Source of the DNA: Phyllosticta citribraziliensis
Taxonomy: Eukaryota
Reading direction: 5' to 3'
Length of the DNA: 64,000 nt
Assembly (NCBI RefSeq): GCF_038025025.1
Contig: NW_027117347.1
Span: 682,001-746,000, forward strand
Part shown: positions 10,272 to 22,303 of the stretch, in pieces
How the letters are laid out: each line of letters starts with the position of its first letter
Position numbering within the stretch: position 1 is the first letter of the stretch
Translations under genes and position numbers: made by a program
The notes under the pieces: generated by a model
Databases searched by the model: none
Told to the model about the DNA's origin: nothing
Seen by the model: only the letters and a program-made list of their open reading frames with translations

Positions 10272-13200
10272 ACACACCCATCCCGTCCGTCCACCAGGGT
10301 AAAATCGTTCGCTATTTTGCCAAACACAGGTAAAATCCTGCGTCTGCCGTGTGCTCGTCTGTCGCTGTTCATGTCCACCGCGCGCTTCCACAACTTACAA
10401 CTTAGGCGCGTGCCGCACGCAACAAAGTCAAAAGCCGACACATATCCAGCCTCCCAGAGCCATCGACTTTGGCCACCGAGTCAGCAGCACCATCGCATCT
10501 CGTTTCCTAGCTTCCACTCCATCTCCAAACCATCTCATCGCGATGTCCGGCAACCATCTCCCTCTCCCATCGCCTTGGCTTCGCCTGGTCAAAGCTTAGG
10601 TGCGCGCTCCCTTGCACTTCGACATGCTTCACAAGCCCTCGACCGTTGTTGGAAGCTCGTCGCTCTTCTGACCACCTCATTCGTGCCATGTGCGCTCATC
10701 ATGATTGGGCGGAGCTTCCCTTTCTAACCGGTTCATCGCCATCCCTGCTCACTCCTGATCTAGCCAAATTTATTGAGTTTTATGGTTTTTAGAGTTATTG
10801 CTCGGCGCGCTTAAGTCGTTGGCTTATGGATGGCTGGCTGGATGGGGGATGGATGGATGGATGACCGGCTGGCCTTGCTCGGGCACTAGCCAAGGGCCTG
10901 CCTGGGGTCTCGTGTCCGTCTGGGGAACACTTCGAGACAGGCACTCGCAGCGGCAAACTGCACACGCCAAAGTGCCTCCTGCTGCTTGACAGCTGTGAGT
11001 GCGCCTCTGCAGGGACAGGGTCGCAGGAGGCAATCCTTTATCCGCATTCTAACCTGACCAGCCAGCCAGCCCTCCAACCCATCTCTCTCTCGCTCTCGTT
11101 CCGGAGCCGAACAAGCGACCCGAAACTTCATCGTGCATTGCACATTTTGGACGTCAAGTCGAACACAGTTTACATACACCCCGTCGTCTCATCACGCAAA
11201 AACGAAATGCAAAAGAAGAATAAGAAGAAGGTCCAAGCCCAGCCGCGCCACCTCACACTTTGAACAACATACAATTTAAGCAACAAGGCCAAACGATTAA
11301 CCGTAGGTTCTTACTTCTTAATTTTGCGCGTTTGGCGTATTGGCCATGAGCGGCGGCGGCGGCGGGTCGCCTGGAGATTGCGATGGCGAGGCTTAGCGAA
11401 GTCTAAAGGGAAGTATGGGTAATGCAATGGTAATTATTGATCGCTCCCACAGTCTTCCACCGCACGAGAAGAGCATTTTGGATTTGGCGAGCGAGGGTGG
11501 ATTCTACGAAAACAAGCCTCCCTCAAATCCCGAAGACTCCCATAATTCTTGTTGTGGACCTTGCTCCTTCTGCTTCATTTTTGGTCCTGGTAAGCGCCTC
11601 TGGCCGAGCCAAATTCGGACGTATCATGTTCGTTTTTTCTTGTTATTCATCAACTTTCTTTGATTTCCTTTCGTCAACTGTTTCTTCTTTGGCGTCAAGC
11701 CTCGTCCTCTTGCCGCGCCTGCAACTCTCGCAACTCAACTCTGAAACTCTGCCTTTTAGCCTCTCGTCTGTTTAGTTGGCCAGCAACTGCAGCATCCACC
11801 CTCTCCTGCGGGAGCATCTGCAGCAAGGTGCAGCGCACCCACCCACCCACACGCTTGACTACAAGCAAGCAAACAAGCAAACAAGCAAACGAGTCGTCGA
11901 CCAGCATCCGCCGTCCGACTCTTTTTGGAAAGCTTCTGGAAATTTGCGTACGTCGCAGCCCGAGGACCTCCGTACGCTTAAGCTTCCGGCCACTTGGCTG
12001 ATTCGCAGGGCCTGGGCTAACCTGGCATATCCGCGCTGGCTGGACTTGCATCTCTCAATCGAGTTACTTTTCCCCGGACCTTTTCGTCCTGGGCTCAATC
12101 GCCGTCCCATGATTCGACGGATCGTCCTGTGGGCGATGTTGGCCTGCCTAGGTAGGTTGGTGAGGTGCAGAGCCTAACTTGCCTGGCATGAATCTGGCTG
12201 TGTTGTTCGACAGTGGAGCAATGTACATTCCTACTGTACCATTCGTTTCAGTTTGCCCGAGTAGTTAGCCGCTTGCGTGCGAGCTTGGTGTGTCTTGCGG
12301 ACATGCCTTCAGCGTTGCTGTTCATTGCGTTCTCTCCACGTTTCGTGCTTGTCTTCGTCTTGCCTTACAATGACTTATGCGCGTCTCGCCGATCCACTCG
12401 AAAAGTTAGTAGGGCGGTCAAGCCCTCGACAGTACCTGTCGCAAGGTCTCACGGGGCCATCGAGAACCATGCCAAAGCGCTCGCTTTTCTCTGCGAATCA
12501 GGCGGGCAGAAACTTGAGCAGCACTTACTTTCTTCCACAAACGGCGATCAAACAGCGTGGACCGGCCGACGGGATCATGGCTCCGGACGAGGAAGAGGAG
12601 GAGCAGACCATGGAGGAAGTCGTCTAGCTTCGCCTGCCGCGCCTGCTCACGCAAATAGACGGGCGCCAGCGAGTTTGTCCAGCTTCATGGAATCATTGAC
12701 ACATCAATCTCGTGTTTGCTTGCATACGTCGCATCCCTTCGCTCACTGCCTCTTCCTACTGCTGGCTCCCCCACCGCCGGTTTCTCTCCCAGGCCTCCAC
12801 GTATTTTCTCAAGGCCTGCTCTCCTCTCGTTCCGAGGCCATATGTTGATCCTCTGGTTCGCGGTACTCGGGCGAACGGCTGCCATTCCGCTACCAGCGGC
12901 AGAATGGCTAGATGCGTGCGTTCTTGCCGTATCTCGCGCTGACCTCGATTGCAGAGGATTTGGTAGGTTGTGTTGTGGTACTGAACCACACGAGGGCGTT
13001 GAAAGAGATGGTTGAGTGCGGCGGAGGCGATGGACGGGCGACGATGAGGTGCTTTCTAGGGACAAAAGGTGAGAGAAGGGAGAGAAGGAGACGTCTTGTG
13101 ACAGGCCACAGAATCCGGGAAGCTGTTCAGCGGTTGATGGGTCAGTGCCACTGTGGTGATGCTGATGGTGATAGGGATGATGATGACCAACGCAGGAGTA

Positions 13201-13411
13201 AACTTCTGCTGGTACCTCGCATCAAAGGGTACCAGATACCACAGTTGAGGAACCATTTGAGATTTGTCCAAAGCGCGCCAGACTCGCAGAGCTCCCCAAG
13301 GTATTTCTTTCCCACTCTCTCGTTCTTTTTCAACCTCTTCCCCCTCCTCCTCATCGTCCTCCACCACTTCACGACACCTCAAAACCGACCTCACCCAACC
13401 AACTCATCAAA

Positions 13412-13972
13412 ATGCATTTCCCCAACGCGCCCCTCGCCCTCATCCTCCTCATCACGCTATCCCTCACCCTCCTCACCCTCCCCACACCAACAACTGCCCG
13501 CGCCGTCCGCCACCACTCCTACCGCCACGGCCACGTCGCGCTCTCCTCACAACCCTACGCCCGCAGCGCCCAAAAAACGCACAACGCGCACAACAACGCG
13601 CACAACAACGCGCACTCTCTGCCCCACCACCACCAACACCACCATCAGCACCACCAAAAGCCGTCTCCTACGCACGGCGCGGCCGCAGCGAAGGAAAAGG
13701 CCCTCAAGAACCCAACGCGCTTCCACGTCGCCGCCGTGCGCGTCCCGACGCCGCGGCCGCGCACGCGCATGTCGTCGTTTCGGCGCGTGTGGGAGTGGGG
13801 GCGTGGGCGTGTTGTCGGTGGTGGTGGCAATGTTACTGCTGAGAGTACCGCCGCTGCTGGGAATGTCGGCGCCAACAGTGGTATCGGACATGGCAAGAGG
13901 GACGGGCCGAAGATGAAGGCGGTGATGGGGATTTCGAGAGATGAGTTTGTAGGAGCGGGAGTGGGAGCGTAG
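13412..13972 (+). CDS. Orphan putative secreted His-rich protein (186 aa)
   Basis: TCAAAATG start context after a C/A-rich leader. Signal-peptide-like N-terminus MHFPNAPLALILLITLSLTLLTLPTPTTA, then HNAHNNAHNNAH and HHHQHHHQHH tracts. Confidence 0.6.
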   Translation: MHFPNAPLALILLITLSLTLLTLPTPTTARAVRHHSYRHGHVALSSQPYARSAQKTHNAHNNAHNNAHSLPHHHQHHHQHHQKPSPTHGAAAAKEKALKNPTRFHVAAVRVPTPRPRTRMSSFRRVWEWGRGRVVGGGGNVTAESTAAAGNVGANSGIGHGKRDGPKMKAVMGISRDEFVGAGVGA

Positions 13973-14542
13973 AAAGAGCAGTTGTGAGATGGGGATGAAG
14001 TGATTGTGGGGGCGACACTGCGATTGTTGCTTCACGTCGTCATTTGGGGCTAAGAGATAGGACATACCTATGCTTTTTCGGGCTTCAACCACGGGAAATG
14101 CAAGAAAACGTCTGCTGGGCGGCGAAAACAGATGCGCGAGTGTGTTCACAATCGCAAAGGCTTGTTTACCATCGCGCAGTGATGAAGCCAAGGGGGGAGA
14201 TCGAGGGGAAGACTGGACGTTGTTCCTGTCAGGGGGTGGTTGAAGAGGTATATCGATTCCATGTGAGCTGATCTTTTTCACTCCTCCGGATGGCCGCCCC
14301 TGGGGAGAGTCGGGCGTTCGTTTTTGTACTTCACCGCGTCAAAATTGATCTTCGTCACTTCACTTCCCACCTCCAACGAACCTATATGTATGCCACTTCG
14401 CTCAATACAGAACACTCATCGACTTGCCGGGCGACACCCACCCTAAAAACTTCGTGATGCGCTCAGGGGCATACCGCATACTCCTCACCACCTCCCACCC
14501 GACCCCTCACACATCCTCCCCACCGACGAAACGATATATACC

Positions 14543-15112
14543 TCACCCAAAACACCCAGCAACAACATCATCAATCGACCTCCTCCTCTCCAACGCATCC
14601 ACCTGCAAGCTCACCGGCGGCTCCGCCCCAGCAACAACATCTCTAATGGCGTCCAGCGCAGCGACGAGAGCGGACAATTCGAGCTTTTCTTGTGCGGCAA
14701 CAGCTACGTCTGGGTCGTTCGCAGCTCCGTCGGGGTCGTTCTCAGTGCCGAGCCAGGCACTTCGAAGAGAGCTCTCCGGCCGCCGCCTCCCGGCGCCCCA
14801 GTCCCATCCGCACGTTGCACGCCGCACGACAAAGCCATGCACAGCTCTGAGGCCCTTCTTGACGTAAAACTTAGCAACGGTGTGCGTTACGAGTCTGTGC
14901 GCGCAGAGGCGGAGGAGCCAGACAGCTTGCAGGCGTGTGGAGGAGGGAAAGGGGAAGGATGACAAAGACGGGAGTGCTAGGAAGGAAGACGAAGACGGCA
15001 TGGTGGTCAAGGGCAGCGATATTAGTAGCGGCAGGAGGAGTGGTAGTGTGGCTAAGAAAGCTGCGAAGGCTGCCACAGCTGCGGTGAAGGCGAGTATTGG
15101 TAACGGGTGCAT
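14543..15112 (-). CDS. Orphan protein with a hydrophobic N-terminus (189 aa)
   Basis: GAAACATG start context. MHPLPILAFTAAVAAFAAFLATLPLLLPLLISLP followed by a protein-like C-terminus (AQEKLELSALVAALDAIRDVV). No family recognised. Confidence 0.45.
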   Translation of the reverse strand: MHPLPILAFTAAVAAFAAFLATLPLLLPLLISLPLTTMPSSSSFLALPSLSSFPFPSSTRLQAVWLLRLCAHRLVTHTVAKFYVKKGLRAVHGFVVRRATCGWDWGAGRRRPESSLRSAWLGTENDPDGAANDPDVAVAAQEKLELSALVAALDAIRDVVAGAEPPVSLQVDALERRRSIDDVVAGCFG

Positions 15113-15782
15113 GTTTCGGTGGTCCTGTTGTGCGGCACGAAGAGGGCAGTGGCCGTGAAGGCGCGCGTTTTATGGACACTGGTGCTGATGAGGCTTTGGA
15201 GTCATGAGACCGGAGCTACTTCGTCAGCATGCTGCTCAAGAGCGACCCAGGGGCTGGGACGATGCCGAGTGATCACTGATAGTCGTTGTCCACCGCAGCC
15301 ATTGCCTTTGAAGTTTTGCCCATCACCAACGTCTCCAATCACTTTCAGTCTTACACGACACTTGACACCTTTGCAAACACATTGTATGACCTGCATTGAT
15401 TTTACAAACGACAACACCTCGGGAAGAGATGATGGAATCGAACTGCTCCTTTTTATCGAGTTCCTTGCTGACCTAGTTTACCTGTTTGAAAATAACCTCT
15501 GCCTCAGGTGATGAAAAACTCGCAGACCCACTGACACGGGTGAAGACTTGGGGGATGTCGAGCAGCAATCCGTGGAATGGGTGGAAATCGCCACTTCCAA
15601 AAAAAAACACAGGCGCCGACGATTACCTGGAAACCGCAGACCGTACCGAACCGCTCGAAACCTGATTCGCATCATCAATTTTGAAGAGATCGACTGGCGA
15701 GGAAAAGCCCACGACCGCAGCAATCGAGCTTCAGAACTTGCGGCTTTTTGTCAATGGCTTAGACACAAAGGAATTGGGCATT

Positions 15783-16765
15783 TCACTCGGCGGTGTCCAG
15801 GTCGTCGTGGGCGGGGGGAGGGGGAGATTCCTCGCCTACATCTTCGTTAGCCATGTGCCACCGTACTAGACTATTCCCAACGTACGCTTGTCGGCTCCAC
15901 TGGTACCATTCTCGCGTTCGCGGTCTTCGTCGTCGCGGTCACGGACGTCGCGCATCTCCCGGTCACGGTCGCCCCGGTCACGGTCGTCAGGGCTGCGAGA
16001 ACGGTCGCGGTCGCGGCGGTCGTAGTCGCGGTCACGGCGGTCGTCCTTGCGAGGCGAGTAGTCGCCGCGACGACGAGGAGGAGTGACGCTGCGGCCGCGG
16101 CGGGGGGAGCGGTCACGCCTCGGTGGGCGGTCAGCGCGGTCACGGCCCGAGTCGAAGCGCCACGACGCAGAGGGTGGAGTGCGGGCCCACTGGGATTGTT
16201 GTCAGCATTGCAAAGGGGGATGCCGGCTCTGGATGCGTACCTCGATCTTCAGGATGTCGTCACGTCCGATGCGCTTGTTGTGCATCTCATGATAGGCATC
16301 GTCAGCATCCCGACGAGACTCATACTCCACAAACGCGAAACTGGAGCGAGACGGTCAGAACGGCCAGGACTTGTCGTCCGGGGGCAGGGACAAGGAGGGA
16401 AACTTACAGACGAGATGAAGCAGATCGCGGAGCTGGAATGTCACAGCGCACAAGGCGACCATACCTTCGTGTGGAAGTTAGATTGGGCGTTCATCGTCGC
16501 ATCGCGGAAGGACAAGAAACAGAGAACGGGGTGGTCGGAGGTCCAGGAGCGTCGATGAGGGCTATCTACATGACGGGAGGAGCGAGGAGGGAATCGATAG
16601 ATCGATCGGTTCGGGTCGGAAGTGCAATGCGGTAGAGAGGAGGTAGGCGAGTCGACTTCACGTATCGTAGAGGACGTACCGTTCGAATTCGTATGCGAGG
16701 TCTCGGGCGCGCGTTCCGTGAGAGAAGCCGGTCACGTAGAGCGTGGTGCCACCGCGGCCAGACAT
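15783..16765 (-). CDS. srp1: SR-like RRM splicing factor (Srp1-like). Exons 16765-16680, 16464-16408, 16340-16241, 16189-~15886, ~15835-15783.
   Basis: MSGRGGTTLYVTGFSHGTRARDLAYEFER|YGRLVRCDIPAPRSASSRL|FAFVEYESRRDADDAYHEMHNKRIGRDDILKIE|WARTPPSASWRFD, followed by an RD/RS-rich tail. Four GT-AG introns keep the frame. Confidence 0.9.
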
Positions 16766-17277
16766 CTTGAACGAAGCCTTCGTGTTGAGGAGCACAACGA
16801 AGAGCGATGCACGAAGATGCAGTAGACGCGTGGGGGTGAGGGTGTCCAGAAGAGAGACGAGGTGTTGTGAAGAAGAGACGCGGGAGCAAGTTGCAGTTGG
16901 GCTTTGAGGTCGCCCCGGCCGCGGGCGTGGATGAACTTCGGTCCGAGAGCCTCCCGTCACCGGCCAAAGGTCAGGTAAGCTCCAGTCTCCGCCACGCCAA
17001 CGCCAACGCCAACCTGCACGCACCGACAAAGCCGTGCTCCACCTCTACACACAACTTTCAAACATCCTCCGCCACCCGCACCACCTCCAAACCCACCTAT
17101 TCTTTGTTGAACGACGTCGCCTGCCTCGCGCCTTCACGAATACCCTCCTTTCCGCCGTCCATCGACCCGCACGCCTCCTCGCGACTAGCCCACCGCGCGC
17201 CCGCCACTCCTGCAACCTGCCCGTCGTCGCGCGACCCTCGACCCTAGATCCCGCAATCCACCGTTGACCCGGGAATC

Positions 17278-18877
17278 ATGTCGGTCGAGCTCCAGGTCGG
17301 CACGCCTCTGGCCAACGCCCTTCAAAGCGTCGTCCAGCCCAAGCTCGCCGAAGTTGGCTGGAGCAGCGGCGCTTCAGACGACACTGCGCTTTCCGAGTAC
17401 ATCATCCTCATGCTTGTTAATGGCAAGACTCAGGAGCAAATCGCCTCGGAGCTGGCCAACGACTTGCTCAGTCTGGGACCCGACGATCCTGACGCTGCCA
17501 ATTTTTCACGATGGTTATTCGAGCAGCTTCATACCCTCAACTCGCAATTGAACGGCGACGCGTCAGGATCGTCAGAAACGCAAGGCGGTCAGCGAGCTTT
17601 CGATGGAGACCAGGCCAACCTCACCAACCGACCAAGCCAGGATGCGGAGATGGGTGACGGCACGCAAACTTCAATGTAAGGCTCTTGCCAGAATGCAACA
17701 AAGTCTAAGATTTACGAGGCTAACCAATTCACACAGACCAACTGGTCCAAAGGCCATGCGCAACGGTAACCAGACCGGCCGCGAGAAGCGCATGATGGGG
17801 CATTTGAGCAAGGCCATGGAACGCTCCAACGACGCAGCTTTACATCGTGTGAGAGGCGGAGGTGGGACAGGGCGTATAAACTCACATGCTGGCAGAGAAG
17901 CTCCTAAGGGACCTCGTCATCAGGCAAACCGCAACATGGCCATCATGAACGGCATGGGCGGCATGGGCGGTATGCCGGGCATGAACGGCATGGGCATGCC
18001 CGTTCCTGGCAATATGATGCCTCCACAATCGCAAATGTCGCAAATGGACATTTTCCGGACTTTCGAGGCCATGTCAGCTCAGATGGCACAAATGTCACAG
18101 GCTTTGGCAGCAAAGGGTCAAGTGCCGCCGCAGCAGCCCTATGTGAACCCGGCGTTCCAAAAGAATTTCCGCGGCGGACCCAACCAAGGCAAATCCTTGT
18201 TCGATCGAGTTGATCCCTCTTCGCGTCCAAACAGGAGCAAGCCCCAGCACATTGGAAAGAAGCTGCAGGGTGATACGGACATGGGTGAAGGTGGTGCAGA
18301 CGCTGGGAACAACGCGGAGGCGATGGACGTCGAATCGAAAGACAAGGAGCCCTGGGATATCATGTGCAAGTTCAACTCCAACTGCACCAACGCAAAGTGC
18401 CCCTACGCGCACCAGGCACCCATGGCTGCTCCTGGTATCACCGTCGACCTCGGCGACCAGTGCTCCTTTGGCGTCCGATGCACAAACTTCAAGTGCACAG
18501 CCAAGCACCCTTCGCCTGCTCAGAAGATGGAATTTCAGCAGAAGAACCCTTGCAAATTCGGCATGCACTGCACAAATCCTGGCTGTCCATTCCAGCATCC
18601 GCCGAAGCCCTGCCGGTTCAACGAAAGCTGCACCAACCCTGATTGCAAGTTTACGCACGTCGACACCAAGTGCAAGTTCACCCCGTGCCTCAACCCGCAC
18701 TGCTTCTTCAAGCATGACCCGGGCCAACGGGCTGCGAATGGATCTGGCAAGGAACATGTTAGCGAGAGGAAGTTCATTGACGAGAATCAGGAGGAGGAGC
18801 TCATCTTGCCAGCAAAGTCGCAAGAGTCAGAGGAGGCGCCAAAGGCGGAACAGCAGGAGCCCGAGATTGCGGCTTAA
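17278..18877 (+). CDS. NAB2: Nab2/ZC3H14-like nuclear poly(A) RNA-binding protein; intron 17676-17736
   Basis: N-terminal PWI-like region (LSEYIILMLVNGKTQEQIASEL), IPTGPK after splicing, and five tandem CCCH zinc fingers. Confidence 0.88.
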
Positions 18878-19309
18878 AAAATGTCAGCCAATGCTTTCAC
18901 AACCATTGGACGGAGGACCATGTATGAGATTCGATTCTGGTGTGGAGACGAAGGGTGAATAGATGCCCTGTGCGAGCAGGGCCACGGCGTTTTGAATTTG
19001 GGTGGTATGGACAGGACAGCACGAGCTGCCTTGATTCCTCAGTTGGACGATGGACTGTATGTAGATGCAAATGGAGAGCTTCTGGGACCAATCATCTTCA
19101 AGGAAAATGGCAGTGACATGATGTGGTGAATTCAAAGTTTGAAATACCCTGCAGGGTCTCGAGGCTCAGCAGCCAGTTAGGGTGTCCGCCTCCACGTCGA
19201 TTCACGTCACCCCAGCTGCGGCCATTGACCGTAGCTCCCAGCGCCAGAACCTCTGCGGCACAGCTTGCCTCATTCTTCCCGACACCACGCCATTGATGCT
19301 TTTCGAGCG

Positions 19310-21220
19310 ATGCAATCACGCAGCCATGTCTTGCTTCAAGGCGCTCGAATCCCGCGTGCTTCGCTGAACGCGTCCGTCGGTTGCGGATGCGCGTCATACA
19401 AGCTGCCGCGCCGATGCTACGCGACCCAGCGACCCCAGCGACCCGCACCCAAAAAGATTGCTGTACTCGGCGGCGGTATCACCGGCCTGACGACGGCCTA
19501 CTACCTGTCCAAGTCACTACCTAACGCTACAATCACAATCTACGAGGCCAGCGGCCGGTTCGGAGGATGGCTGCAGTCAAAGCGCGTGAAAGTACCTGAC
19601 GGCGGAGGATTCGTTACTTTCGAACAGGGACCGCGGACGCTGAGAAAAGGTCTCTGGGGGATTTTCACGCTCGAACTGGTACGCCCTCGCTATGAAGATC
19701 AGATGGCCATTGCAAAGATAACACTCGCGACTAGCTCTTGGAACTCGGCTTGCAAGGTGACATTAGGGGTGCAACCAAGGATTCCGTTGCCGCCAAAAAC
19801 CGATATTTCTACGACCAAGACCACATAGTACGCCTACCAAGCTCCATAAAGGACGCCTTATTCTCCGGGGAAAGGGTAATATACACTGCTATTAGAGAAG
19901 TTCTTTTCGAGTGGTGCTGGAAAAAACCGGAATTCGGACATGGCGACGAATCCATAACAGACTTTTTGGCTCGCCGCGGCTTGAAGCAGACTGGTGACGA
20001 TTTAGCATCGGCCTTTCTCCATGGAGTGTACGCCGGAAATATCGACGAGTTGAGCGCCAAAAGCACTCCTCCATTCGACAGATTGTCTCACCTAGAGCAC
20101 GCGAACGGCAGCATTACAAATGGACTTTTGGCCAAACAAAAAGACTTTGTTACCGTACCAACGAGATTGCAAAAAATGTCCAATCATCGTCTGCCACTGG
20201 ATATCTTCAGCAAGAACCCCAATTTATTGGTTTGGTGGGTAAACACCTCGGTGTTTGCGCTGAAGGACGGCCTGGGCAGTCTTGCAAACGTGCTGGAAAA
20301 AAAGCTTATCCAAAACCGTGTTGGTTTTATAAGAGAAGGGGCTACAAAGCTCGAGAAGTCTTCGGATGGCATCACGGTTCGTAGTCCCTTATAAAGAGTT
20401 GACTCTGTCAAGCACTAATTTGTTCTTGCAGGTACACACACAGAAAAAGACCAGCAGCATCCTCAAAACCTATGACCTTGTCATCTCTGCACTACCAGCA
20501 AAGACAACGGGCGAGATTGCGTTGGCTGGACTACGCTCTGGGACGGGTTCGGCCTCATTGGCAAAGAACCGCCAGGCCATGAAGGAAGCGTTCAACGTGC
20601 CCACTGTTACAGTGATGGTGGTCAATCTGTTCTACAAACAACCTGGGCTCGTGCCACACCAAGGGTTTGGCTACTTGATCCCAAAAACGGTTCCAGGAGA
20701 GCAGAACCCGGAAAGAGCGCTGGGAGTCATCTTTGACAGTGACATAATACCAGGGATGGACTCTGCGGGAGGAACCAAGTTGACCGTCATGCTAGGCGGG
20801 CATTGGTGGAACGGATGGCCCGAATCAAGCCTGCCAGACGAGGAGGAGGCCGTCCTGGCCGCAAAATCGCTTCTCGCAAGACACCTGAAGATCGAGGCCG
20901 AACCTGTGTTGACAAATGTCGCTCTGCAAAAGGACTGCATCCCGCAATACAACGTGGGTCACCAACAGAAGCTGTATGCGGCTCATGAAGCACTGAAAGA
21001 GGTGTACGAAGGAAGGGTCCGGGTTGTGGGTAACTCATACTATGGCGTCGGAGTACATGATTGCGTTGTCGCGGCAAGGCAGATGGCGGAGAATGTCATG
21101 GAGGAGGTGGCAGAGGGAGTGTTGCACAGCGGTCGTACTGGCCTAGAGGCTTCGGCCGACGAGCATCTAAGTGGCTGGACTCACTACCGGGTGCATCCTA
21201 CTGTGCTCAAGTTGATGTAG
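19310..21220 (+). CDS. HEM14: Protoporphyrinogen oxidase with a mitochondrial presequence; introns 19679-19734 and 20377-20431
   Basis: FAD motif IAVLGGGITGL, plus FEQGPRTLR, HGVYAG, GFGYLIP, KLTVMLGG, CIPQYNVGH and YGVGVHDCV. The N-terminus is Arg-rich. Confidence 0.93.
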
Positions 21221-21620
21221 ATTGGAGGTTGCGAGAGTCATGTATTGAGGGATCCGGGGAGAAGAAGATAGAAAGCAAGTCATAGCCACGCCAAGGGCGA
21301 AGACAATGAAAGCCAAGAGGGGTGACAAAGACCATGACGACGCCTTGGGCGGAGTGCGAGGGTTGGGTTAATGTTGGGTTGGCGGAGGGTGAGGCGGGAG
21401 TCTTGACCTGCACCAATCAGCGGCCGGCCTCGTTCGCGCCGTTGGCCGGGTTCCTGTGCTGCGCCTCCGGCTCCGTCCAGGCTGATGCGGTGCCATTGCT
21501 GCTACCGCACTACCATTTATCTTCCCTCTTCCTCTCCCTCGCCCTCGCCTCCACCCGTCTCTCTCCACCTCTTCCACCTCAGGCCCTGTCGTCTTTCACC
21601 AGGCCCCCATTCCATTCACC

Positions 21621-22303
21621 ATGCCTGCCCTTCATTCGTTTCAGAAGCGAGAGTAAGTCCCACGTCCCATCCGTTCCCGCCGCGACACAACGGCACCGTA
21701 TCGACGTCACTTGGCGCACGGCCTCCAAACAGGACCTGAACACAACTGACACTTTTTCCAGTGACTGCGTTCGCGACAGCAATGGAGAATTGTACTGCAA
21801 CAACACCCCGTGGAGCGACTGGGCTCGCTGGGTCGTCCTCGTAATCATCATCGTCGCCTTCTTCCTTCTCTTCGTCGTAAGCACCAGCGCCACCACCCCA
21901 ACACAGAACCCAATAGAAGTCTAACCTCACCACCACACAGGCCTGCTCCTGCGTCACCGCACGTCGCCGCCGTCGCATGGGCCGCCATCCCATGTGGGGA
22001 ACCGGCTGGGCTGCGCGAAACGGTCACGGCGAAGCTCAGTACGTCGGTCCTCAACAACAGTACGCGCAACCCTACTACAACCCGAACCCGAACCCGCAAT
22101 TCGGCGCCGCTCCCCCGCCGCCAGCCTACAGCCCGCCGCCGGGCGGATACTACGCCAACGGCGGCCACCAGGGCAACTACGAGATGGGCAGCATGCCAAC
22201 GTCGCCGCCGCCCGCGCACCCGCACGACACGCGGAATGCGGCGGGAGAGGCCGTGTATGAGCAGCCGCCGGGTCCGCCACCGAACAAGGCCAGAGAAGTT
22301 TGA
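21621..22303 (+). CDS. RCR-family (Congo-red resistance/chitin regulation) single-pass membrane protein; introns 21653-21761 and 21877-21940
   Basis: MPALHSFQKR|DDCVRDSNGELYCNNTPWSDWARWVVLVIIIVAFFLLFV|ACSCVTARRRRRMGRHPMWGTGW. The Pro/Tyr-rich tail carries a PPAY motif. Confidence 0.85.

Noticed and set aside
12912..13916. 334-aa plus-strand ORF
   Set aside because: Alternative frame over the His-rich gene and its leader; non-ATG start and low complexity.
14179..14271. GTGATGA...CTGA resembling a C/D snoRNA
   Set aside because: No terminal stem or recognisable rRNA-antisense element; the boxes alone are expected by chance.
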